From Eledone cirrhosa (Eukaryota): a DNA stretch of 64,000 bases. A program made the position numbers and the translations under genes. Positions 53,683-64,000 of the stretch are shown piece by piece. The stretch is taken from positions 51,460,001 through 51,524,000 of the forward strand of contig OZ024744.1 in assembly GCA_964016885.1 (NCBI GenBank). Reading direction: 5' to 3'. Each line of letters opens with the position of its first letter. Positions within the stretch are counted from its first letter, which is position 1. Under the pieces are notes generated by a model, which saw nothing but the letters and a program-made list of their open reading frames with translations, was not told the origin of the DNA and did not search any database.

Positions 53683-54052
53683 AATTGGTGTGGGATGCTT
53701 ATTAAAGCGTAGGCCGTAAGAGGTAGGCCGTTTGAGCACTCGATGCTCTTACAGAGCAGAGTATAATATGACATGAGAAACGGAGAATCAGTGGTGCGAA
53801 GCAGTTTGGAAACTCTGCTTCGTAGAATCAAGACATACCCGAGGACCTTGCGATTCAGAGTCAGGTTCGATCATTGCATCGATCGTGCGTCGAGCTTGTC
53901 GCCAGAGAAACGATTGTAATATGTCTAATAAATCTTATTCTTCGCATCACTGATTCTCCGTTTCTTATGTGATATTATACTCTGCTCTGTAAGAGCATCG
54001 AGTGCTCAAACGGCATACCACTTACGGACGCTTTAAGCATCCCACACCAATT
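53683..54052. mobile_element. MITE-like element with about 119-bp TIRs in (TA)n
   Basis: aattggtgtgggatgc...gtggtgcgaag / cttcgcatcac...gcatcccacaccaatt. Confidence 0.75.
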
Positions 54053-54065
54053 ATATATATTTATC

Positions 54066-54145
<80 letters not shown>

Positions 54146-54158
54146 GATAAATATATAT

Positions 54159-54528
54159 AATTGGTGTGGGATGCTTAAAGCGTCCGTAAGTGGTATGCCG
54201 TTTGAGCACTCGATGCTCTTACAGAGCAGAGTATAATATCACATAAGAAACGGAGAATCAGTGATGCGAAGAATAAGATTTATTAGACATATTACAATCG
54301 TTTCTCTGGCGACAAGCTCGACGCACGATCGATGCAATGATCGAACCTGACTCTGAATCGCAAGGTCCTCGGGTATGTCTTGATTCTACGAAGCAGAGTT
54401 TCCAAACTGCTTCGCACCACTGATTCTCCGTTTCTCATGTCATATTATACTCTGCTCTGTAAGAGCATCGAGTGCTCAAACGGCCTACCTCTTACGGCCT
54501 ACGCTTTAATAAGCATCCCTCACCAATT
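54159..54528. mobile_element. Inverted near-identical copy of 53683-54052
   Basis: Reverse complement of the preceding element across a central (TA)n. Confidence 0.75.
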
Positions 54529-54764
54529 ATATATATATATATCCTAAATCCTAATTCCTAATTCTATTCTATTATAAGTTAGGCCAACTTATGCAGCGTC
54601 ATATTCAAATGAGATTAATCACCTCATTTACACAGACGAGAAAACTATATATTCTCGACTGTTTTCAAGTCCAGCATTCGTAAGAGTGGGAGGGATCGTC
54701 CTGATAAAAACCAGTTAAGTTCGAAATTCATCGACAACCGCCCCCCCCCCTTGCTTCTGCTGGA

Positions 54765-54783
54765 CACCACCAGAGGGCGTTAG
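54765..54783 (+). promoter_or_regulatory. Candidate CTCF-type motif
   Basis: CCACCAGAGGGCG(TTA) matches the bilaterian CTCF core consensus. Confidence 0.3.
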
Positions 54784-54881
54784 CCCCGGTGTTTCGCATA
54801 GCTACGGCTTTCTAAATGTTTATTTATATTTAGAAATACGAAATTTCAGTACATAACCCCCTCCCCCCAATATATATACAC

Positions 54882-54952
<71 letters not shown>

Positions 54953-55228
54953 TGTCTGTATGTGCATGTGTGAGTGTATGTGCGTACGTATGTTTTTGTG
55001 TATGTATGTTTTACTGAAAGTAAGTACTTTCAAGAACCGATATACCCAACACCTCGTCTCCATGGGAAATAAGTAATTGCACCTCATTGTCGTGTGGAAA
55101 CTGAAAGAACAAAGTATAAGGAACCCATTCATTAAAAAAAGAGCAAGAAAATATACATAATGGGTAGCAAAGAAGGTACAGTCTGTGTACTACGGATGAA
55201 ATGTAGAACATCCATGCCATTCCAGGTA

Positions 55229-55269
<41 letters not shown>

Positions 55270-55451
55270 CATACCCACACATAGCCACACACACACACAT
55301 ACGTACGCACATACACACATACACTCACATACACAGTTACACACTCACACATATAGACAGACGCACGCACACACATACACACACAGTCACACACACACAC
55401 ACACACGTGTTCATATATGTATGTTCATATATGTATGTTCATACACGCATT

Positions 55452-55772
55452 GCTTAGTGGTTAGAGCGTTGGGTTTGCAAGTGAGAGTTTGTCAGTTCGA
55501 TTCTGGCACCGGGTTTGCATTAAGTCCTTGAGCAAGACACTTTATTTCACGTTGCTCCAGTTTACACAGCTGTAGAAATGAGTTGCGACGTCACTGGTGC
55601 CAAGTTGTATCGGCCATTGCCTTTCCCTGGGACAACATCAGAGGAGACAATTATACATGGGTGACTACTGGTCTTCAGCAAACAACCTTGCCCGGACTTG
55701 TGCCTCGGAGGGGAACTTTCTAGGTACAAATCTTATGGTCATTTGTGACCGAAAGGGATCATTACCCTATAC
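55452..55772 (+). mobile_element. tRNA-derived SINE
   Basis: gcttagtggttagagcg...gttcgattc...gtccttgagcaagacactttatttcacgttgctccag. Confidence 0.7.
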
Positions 55773-57121
55773 ACGTACACATATACATGTATAAACATTC
55801 ACACACGCACATACATGTACCTACACACATACAAATACAAACTCCCAAACAAACATACACTTATACACACATAATTTTAGTATCGATTAGAGCGCTGCAG
55901 GTTTTGTTTTTCTGTGAACGACAGATATGATGTATCGATCTGAAGATTTTCTAGTTTTGTTAGACATTAAATAAGAGAAAAAAATACTCACATTTCTATA
56001 GGGATATTAGTAGCCAATAACTATTAGCAGTGTACACAAACTAGGTAGAGCAATAGTAGTCTGCTTGATAATAATTGTTTCTGATTTAAGCACAAGGTCA
56101 ACAATTTTTGAGGAAAGGGAAAGTCGATTAAATCGACCCATTGTATTACTGGTACTTTATTTTCTCCTCGAGCCTGTAAGGATGAAAAGCAAAGTTAAAC
56201 TCGGTGAGATTTGAACTCAGAACGTAAAGGGCCGTAACTATATATCGCAAAGAATGTGGTCTGGTGCTCTACCGATAGTGCTAATCCACCACCTTTGAGG
56301 ATAATAATAATGGATCCACAATGAAGATGCAGTCATTTGATCAACTCAAGCTCCGACTCATAAATTAACAAGTGGCTGAATATTCCGCGAACACGTGTGC
56401 TTTTAATGTAATTTCCATTCAGAATCACCGTGACATAATATGACATAACTGAACCTTTGAATTTAGAAGTAAAGTGTATCTGACGGGCTTCCGTACAACT
56501 TCCGCCAAACACAATTTCACTCATAAGTCTTGGGTCGATTCAATGCTAAGATAAGGTCACTTGCCTAAATGCTACAAAGTAGACTCGAACCCGAGACGTT
56601 ATGAGTGCATTAATAACGTAGATTAATTTAATAATTAGCAATTATTTAATTAGCAGAATTTGAAGTATCAGGTAGTAATTGGTGGTAGTGTGGTGTTGGT
56701 GGTAGTGTGGTTGGTGGTGTTGTTGGCGGTGGTCTCTGTAATGGTGTTGGTGGTTTTGTTGGTGGTGTTGCTGTTGGTGGTAGTGGTGTTTGTGGTAGTG
56801 TTAGATGTGGTGTTGGTGGTGTTGTGGGTGGTTTCGATGGTCGTTTGAAATGTAAGGTAGTGATTGATCAATTTTTTTAATGTAAATTATTTATTAATGT
56901 ACCTGAAATGTAAGATGTTAACAAGTCGGCTCAGTTGTTACAATGTCGGATGAAATGCTTCGGGGTGTTCATATTGAGTTCCCGTCAAGGTCAGCTTTAC
57001 CTGTCATCATTTTAAAATCGATAATAACCAATCAAGTAGTGTGGTCACTCCCTCACTCTCTCCCTCTCTCTTTCTCTATCACTGTCTCTTTCTCTCAGAA
57101 TGTCCATATGAATGAAAGACT

Positions 57122-57195
<74 letters not shown>

Positions 57196-57739
57196 ATTCT
57201 ATCTATCATTAAGTATGGATTCCCGATGGGATCGAGAAATGACAACAATAAAAACGGTATTCAATACGTTGTTAGAGTATAGGTATCTTTATTTAATATA
57301 GAAATGACTTCTACAGGACTAGAACTGTTTCATACGAATAAAAAAGTTCTGGTCTAATAAGACTAGAAAGCAATGAGATAGTTGCCATATTTTCGGCCCA
57401 CTAAGGAATGACAGTTGCATATAAAGGTTAAAAGTGAACGTTTATTAAAATACATATATACTGTATACCATACATTTCAAACATACATACAGGCATATCA
57501 TATCTACACACATATATGTACTTATAAGACTTTCTTGAAATGATTAAGGCTCGATTTAATTCTCTGAATTCTATCTTGAGCTGTTTTTAGAGACTAGACA
57601 TATGTTTGATTGGGTATCATTCATGACACCCTTTACTTTGAACGTAATATAATAATGTATGTATATATATATATATTTGTCTATATGCACCCCCCCCCCC
57701 CACACACATATATATATACATGTATACAGACACAGACAC

Positions 57740-57815
<76 letters not shown>

Positions 57816-57828
57816 TTAAATATAGATA

Positions 57829-58031
57829 TATATATGAATGTATGTATAGTATATTTGAAAATATACTGTATGTTTAATTAAAAACATTTAGAAGACCATT
57901 CGCTATGAGTTTTAAAGTAGTGACTACGTCACTTACTTATTCTCGGCAAATAGCCGAAGAAAGGTCTTTTAAATGTTTTTAATTAAACATACAGTATATT
58001 GTCAAATATACTATACATACATTCATATATA
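57829..58031. repeat. Inverted repeat (about 78-bp arms) with an internal hairpin
   Basis: atgaatgtatgtatagtatatttg...aaaaacattta / taaatgttttt...caaatatactatacatacattcat. Confidence 0.8.
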
Positions 58032-58074
58032 CATCGCTATTTCAGAGCACCAATACTAATATATATATAAGATC

Positions 58075-60425
58075 AAAAGATGGTTAAAAGAGTTCCAAGT
58101 ATTTTATTATGCGCATTTCAAAAACAAATATCATGGGCTGATATTTGCGTTCTCATCAGATAAAATAGGGAAACATGATATGAAGCTTAAAAAGCACTTG
58201 TGAGCAGTGAAGTGTTAAATTAACATATGAAAAAAAAGTAAGATGGATATATGAGATTGGGAAAAAAAGGAGGAGGGGGTGTAGGAAATGGTAAGGAAGA
58301 GGAAGAAAGAAAATAAAGGATGAAGTGGGAGGAGTATAGGAAGGAAGGATGAGAGAGGAGGAGAAATGAGTCATAGAGAGAGAGAGAAATAGCCTTTACA
58401 ACTGAGAAAACATTGTCTCACAGAGAGAAATTAAAAAACCGTTGGAAGATAATAGATAATTTTAAAAGATTTTGAAATTAAAAGTTAATGAGGTTTATGG
58501 ATGTTGATGTTTAAGATTAAATAAAAAGGAATTAAGAATAGTATTAAAGGTTTATATATTGAAGGGTTTAATAATATGTGCGAAAAAAAGAATCTATTAA
58601 TATGTATTATTAAAATAAAAATATTAATGATATTAAGGATATAATGTGAAAGAAGGAGAAGAATAAATGAATTATGAACTTAGAGGAATTAGTTAGGGTT
58701 TAAGTTTGATTTTATGTATTGTAATATGTAAAAGTAAATAATAGGTTTAAAACGAGCACGGAAGGAGAGAAGAAAAAAGAAAATGTAAGGAAGAAAAATA
58801 TCTAACGTCAAAAGGTATATATGTTTACAAAAATTTCCTAATGATAATATTATTATGTATTAAAAAATATAGTTTCTATGGCCAATAATATGAGGACAAA
58901 TGGAAAAATGGAAAAATGGAAAATGCTGTAGTGAGTAATAATATGAATTGAGAAGCAATTGGGAAGTAAAAGTTACAGATTAAAGATTAGAAATTAAAAA
59001 AGAAAAAAGGGAAGAAAGGAAAAAGGATAAAAGAAGAAAGATAGGGGACCTCTAACGATATAGAATGAGTAAATTGTATAATATACTGAAATAAGGTAGA
59101 AAGATGGGTATATTTGTAATAGATATAAAAGCCTTTGAGAAAAAGAAGATTTAAAACTAATTATGTATTGAGATATTAGCTGTAAACTTTATGGAAAGTT
59201 CTATAGGTTTTATGCAAGCAGAGCGAGAATAAATCCGTACGTCTATTTATTATAGAATTAAAATTAGATATAATGGTAAATTTCTCGGCTAGGCAGAGAT
59301 TATATGTTCTGGATAGGGAAGAATTCCGATAAGGAAAGTCGTTGCAAACCTTCCACCAAGAGATGTTATAGTTAATATTTTTGTCTTTTAAGGACCATAT
59401 GAGTTCCGAGAGTGCCGTGTTAGTTCTTTTGAGTTGGTATTTAAAAGACGATTTGTGATTTTAAAATCTTGCTTTAAAGGAACTGGAAGTGGAACCGAAA
59501 TAGGTAAACGAATTAGTACCAGTTATAACCTTTCATTCATACACTAAGTTTTTATCAAGACATTGGTTATTAAGAGGGCATTTAGTTCTAACAGGGCAAT
59601 TACAATTACGATTAGAGAAATTAACAGAGTTATTAACAAGTGACCTAGTATTATTTATAGAAGGAATTGGATTGGAGAATTTATTTACGATAGGCACTAT
59701 AGTTTCCTGATTTAGATTGGTATTATGAACATTCAACGAAGTTACGTTTGACGTCGTATTTAAATTTACTGAATCTATCCTAGAGTTAACATTGACGTCG
59801 GGTATACTACTGCTATTATTATGACGCTCAGTGTTGGATGGATGTAATTTATTATTTAATATTTTATTATTGTGTTTAGAGATAATGTTAGAGATGTTGG
59901 AAGTGGTGGAATAAGAGAATTTGATTGTATGTTTGTTAAAGATTTTACTATAGATATGCGAGGGAGGGAAGCATTTATATAAGGCCCTAAAGAATAGTTT
60001 AGGAATATTATTAGTAATAGATAGAGAAAAAGGAGCATTAAACCAAATCATATTTTTGTATCTAGGTCTTTTATTTAATTTATTGGAATGTTCATAATTA
60101 ACTGTTTTACTATAAATCCTTCGATAATTGGTTTCTTTACTGTATTTAATTTTATCAGGATAACCGGCTTTGGAAAGCGCATTATTATAGTAATTGGCAT
60201 TAGCGTCGAAGATAAATTTATTAGAGGATAGATTTGAGATTCTTTTTTCAATATTACTGACTATAGCATTTTTAAGTATATTGTTCTTAATAATATTAAG
60301 GTTAACTAAGTTACAGTTTAAGACAGTAAAAAGGACATCGTCACGATAAATTCCACCGCGAAGTTGAGGAATTTTCCGATTTAAAGAATTCAAAATAAAG
60401 ATATCAATCAAGCCCGTCAATTGCG
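58075..60425 (-). mobile_element. Penelope-like element copy 4 (different clade; degraded RT + GIY-YIG, long 3' UTR with HHR)
   Basis: ORF 59533-60420 contains IYRDD, WFNAPFS and CNC...CPLNNQC...NLVY. Downstream it reads YFGSTSSSFKARF*NH...LSELIWSLK...NLCLAEK...INRRTD...CLH. Confidence 0.85.
58100..58167 (-). ncRNA. Type I hammerhead in the pLTR of PLE copy 4
   Basis: tattttat CTGATGA gaacgcaaatatca(gccca)tgatatttgttttt GAA ATGCGCAT A|ataaaata. Confidence 0.85.
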
Positions 60426-60437
60426 ATATATATATAT

Positions 60438-60868
60438 AAAATAAACTAAAATAAATAAGTCAAATATTTAAAATTTGGCTTCGTTTATTACTGCTATATA
60501 TATTTCGGTGACAGCCATCTTTGGCTGTGACCTCTTCAGGCAGTCCGAATTAGTGTGGTAGAGACGAGTACACATGTTGTTGAGGTGTTTAACTTTGTCA
60601 ATACTCTGATATGCCCAGTTCCTGGTTGGGTTGTTATTTCACTGAGGAACTGGAATCATATGAATTTAAACAAACGAATTTCAGCGTCAGAGGACATCAC
60701 CGAAATATATATAGCAGTAATAAACGAAGCCAAATTTTAAATATTTGACTTATTTATTTTAGTTTATTTTACACTACTCCGGAGTAACCAAACCAACCAC
60801 CGCACCTCGTCGAGTGCTCCATTCTGCATACTGAGGTGTTGGTATACAACCAACATATACTCAAAATG
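60438..60868. mobile_element. Family D inverted element; intact HHR at 60490-60544 (-)
   Basis: Minus strand: actgc CTGAAGA ggtcacagcca(aaga)tggctgtcacc GAA ATATATAT A|gcagt. The plus arm begins inside stem II at about 60696. Confidence 0.8.
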
Positions 60869-60910
<42 letters not shown>

Positions 60911-61198
60911 GGAAAAAATGAAACGAAATTTCATTTCCCACTCTTAGTACGGCTGTTACTTAAATATAAGTATGTACACGTTCATACATATATGTATACA
61001 GACGCACTATTGTGCGTCTGTATATATATATATATATACATATGTATATATATATACATACATGCACACATATATATGTACGTACGGATTCACCGAACAT
61101 TTATTATAATGCTCGATGTGTTTGTAAACAAACATCCCGTATTAAGCCGTAGTGTCTAGCAACCATCGTTGCTCGTTTGTTCAAAGGAACGCTAATGC

Positions 61199-61255
<57 letters not shown>

Positions 61256-61287
61256 CATCCACATACATATATATATAAATACATGCA

Positions 61288-61333
<46 letters not shown>

Positions 61334-62083
61334 GATGTGCATATACATGCACACACATACACACACGCATATATATATATGTACATATATATATATATAT
61401 ATATACACATATATATAATATATTCCTGCATAACATTGCAACGCTTCGCTACTCCTCTTCTCCATCGTCACGACATTCTTCGTCAATATTTGACGAAACC
61501 TTGCAGAAATTCCACCAACAAATTGATATCGTCATTCATTCAGCACAAGTCTTCTTTCTTTCCTTCTTTTTACTTTATTTTCGTTTTTCATTCTCCAGTC
61601 ATTATCATGGACAAAGTCATAACAGCAGCAGCAGCAACGAAACTCATATATCAAGATGGAATTCATTCTACGTATTATTTTTGTTTGGCTCCTTCTAATC
61701 GTAGTTTGTTATTGCTACTGTTGTTGTTGTTGTTGTTGTTGCTCTCCGCCTCCTCCTCCTCCTCCTTCTTCTTCTTCTTCTTCTTCTTCTTCTTCTTCTT
61801 CTTCTTCTTCTTCTTCTTCTTCTTCTTCTATCATAGGGTCAAAAGTACATATATTACAATATTACAAAGAAAATAAGTATTTCAGAACTAATATAAGACC
61901 GGTTGGTTATGTTGCTATGCTGAGGTGATCATGTTCGTGGTGGTAGTGATGGCGAAGCTTCTTGTCACTGTGGTTGTGCTGATGGTGGGTGGGGGCATTG
62001 TTGTTGTTTGTCATATTTGTAGTGGAGAAGGTAGTGATGTTGATTTTGTCCGACGTTCTAACAATTTTAACGACAACAACAAC

Positions 62084-62143
<60 letters not shown>

Positions 62144-62145
<2 letters not shown>

Positions 62146-64000
62146 TTTCTTTATTAACCACAAGGGTTTACATAAAGTAGACATTAAGGACAGTGCAGGA
62201 CAATGCAGGACGGTACAAATGGGCATTTCTGCGTGTAAAAAAACAAAAACAGAAGATGTAACAAAAATAACAATGAAAATAACAATGAAAAATTCCCCAA
62301 TAGGGGGGAGACTTCGGAGGGACATTTGTGGAGAAAGCCCAGTAAAAAGCCACAATGACCCTGACCACCAAGGCAAGTGCCCTCTCCCAGTTTTCCACCT
62401 TTAGTTTACAGATATATACTCAGAGTCGGCCCATTCACTCGGGCCATTCTTGCTTCTCTCACCCATCTTTCAACAAAATGCTGGGAAGAGAGCACTTCCC
62501 TCTCTACTCTGATTTTCCTTTTCAAATGAAATTTGAAAAAGTCAATCAGAGCATCACCGAAGAGGTAAGTGCTCGTCTTCAGCCCTTTCAAACGTGTCCA
62601 CCATACTATCTCTTTCGCCATGGCCACCAGACAGATAAAAACTGCCTGCCCTTCCCGGCTAAAGGAGGAGGGCGGGGCAATCCTCACGATGGACTCAGAT
62701 GATAGCTGGATCCGTCCTAAACGCGACAGCAGGTGTTCGACATAAACCCACAAGTCAGCAATTTTCGGACACTGGACGAGTGCGTGCAGGACGGTTTCGT
62801 CGCCCTGCGCGCATCTCGGACATGCCCGGCTGACGGCACCTCCATGCCTGTAGAGTTTATCCCGAACTGGCAAGGCTCCTCGGTAGCACTGCCAGGCCAG
62901 AGATTTCTGGAAGTTGTCCATAGGCCCTGGCCCGAAAGTTCTTCCGAAGAGATTGGCTAGTTGATTTTCGTCGACGCCTAGAGTTTCCCCAAGTACGTCG
63001 TCGCTCTTCCCCTCCACTAATCCTCTATAGAACGCCGAGGTGGAGTTTCCACCGATCACATTGCCCGATTGGTCGAGGGCTGTGAGCGCCTGAAGACATT
63101 CCAGTCTCCAGGCGCTCCCTCTCGGTCTTCGCTTGACCCAGGACTGCAGCTCCGTCAAGGAAACGAGCTGGGGAAAAACGCGTCTAGCAAACGGCGACCA
63201 CACCTGATCACCGTCGAGGAAGAGGTGGAGATGTCGTAGCCTGAGCGCGTGCCTGCGCATCATCAGCCACGGCATGCCCAGCCCTCCACGTAGCGGGTGT
63301 TGACAACAGATGGACCGCCTGACCATCGGAGCACGTCCCTTCCACAAAAAGCGAAAGAGCAAACGCTCCAGCGCAGTCAGGCGAGGCTTAGGACAAGGTA
63401 CGACGGTTAGGCGGTAGCAGATGACAGACGCGATGTACGCGTTAGCCACCTCCGCTCGACCTTTCAGGGATAGCTTCCTCTCCGCCCATTTCTGGGTGAG
63501 AGAAGCCACCCTGCTCGTCACCTCGTCCCAGTTTTTGTCCGTCTGGAGGTCCGGACCGAACCAGACCCCTAGCAATTTAACCGGTCCGTCCGTCCAGCGC
63601 CCGACGACGCTGTTGGACGGCATGGACCTGCCTCTCCAGGTGCCGAGCTGCAGGCCCACTGACTTTTCCTGGTTGATCATTGCTCCTGTCACCGCTTCGT
63701 ATTCTCTTAGTGTAGTGCCGATCGCCTCGATGTGTTTGGCGTTCGACACCACTACGGTGACATCGTCCGCATATGCTGACACGGATCTTCCGCATCCTAG
63801 TTCGCGCGGGACTCCCCTCAACGTCTCCAGTTTGTGCAGTAATGGCTCGAGAGTCAATACGTACAAGAGGGACGAGAGGGGACATCCTTGGCGGACCGAG
63901 CGCATGATGTTGAACGGTTCCGACAGGTGACCGTTCACTCTCACCACAGAGCAGATGTCGCTGTGCATGGCAGCGATCCAGCCTCTGAAGACGGGCCCAA
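62144..64000 (-). mobile_element. Second Tx1/L1-clade LINE (3' part)
   Basis: The 3' end abuts an (AAC)(AAT)n tract; homologous to but distinct from the element at 39.3-44.3 kb. Confidence 0.9.
62406..64000 (-). CDS. Tx1-like ORF2, C-terminal RT + zf-RVT (uninterrupted, 5'-partial)
   Basis: SVRQGCPLS...AYADDV...KLLGVWFG...CPRCAQGDETVLHALVQC; no stops up to the window edge. Confidence 0.85.
   Translation of the reverse strand, partial: GPVFRGWIAAMHSDICSVVRVNGHLSEPFNIMRSVRQGCPLSSLLYVLTLEPLLHKLETLRGVPRELGCGRSVSAYADDVTVVVSNAKHIEAIGTTLREYEAVTGAMINQEKSVGLQLGTWRGRSMPSNSVVGRWTDGPVKLLGVWFGPDLQTDKNWDEVTSRVASLTQKWAERKLSLKGRAEVANAYIASVICYRLTVVPCPKPRLTALERLLFRFLWKGRAPMVRRSICCQHPLRGGLGMPWLMMRRHALRLRHLHLFLDGDQVWSPFARRVFPQLVSLTELQSWVKRRPRGSAWRLECLQALTALDQSGNVIGGNSTSAFYRGLVEGKSDDVLGETLGVDENQLANLFGRTFGPGPMDNFQKSLAWQCYRGALPVRDKLYRHGGAVSRACPRCAQGDETVLHALVQCPKIADLWVYVEHLLSRLGRIQLSSESIVRIAPPSSFSREGQAVFICLVAMAKEIVWWTRLKGLKTSTYLFGDALIDFFKFHLKRKIRVEREVLSSQHFVERWVREARMARVNGPTLSIYL

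Overview
This is AT-rich, repeat-saturated eukaryotic genomic DNA with no recognisable host-gene exons. The SINE families suggest an octopus or other coleoid cephalopod, which is my inference from remembered consensus motifs. It contains RTE-clade LINE fragments, two Tx1/L1-clade LINEs (one near full length with a probable TSD, one with an open ORF2 running off the window), four Penelope-like element (PLE) copies with RT/GIY-YIG remnants, tRNA-derived SINEs, MITEs, a 6.4-kb CACTAAC/CT minisatellite, a 567-bp tandem array and many microsatellites. The most striking signal is invisible to the ORF track: more than 20 type I hammerhead ribozyme (HHR) motifs on both strands. They have the form stem I-CTGANGA-stem II-GAAA-often palindromic loop III-UH-stem I and belong to many unrelated short families, mostly sitting in (TA)n tracts. 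Many of these elements are fold-back palindromes, and several inversion points fall on the ribozyme's own stems or core. One family carries a recurrent non-canonical CAGANGA core. I read this as a diverse set of non-autonomous, PLE-mobilised ribozyme mini-elements formed by snap-back synthesis; that mechanism is inferred, not shown.
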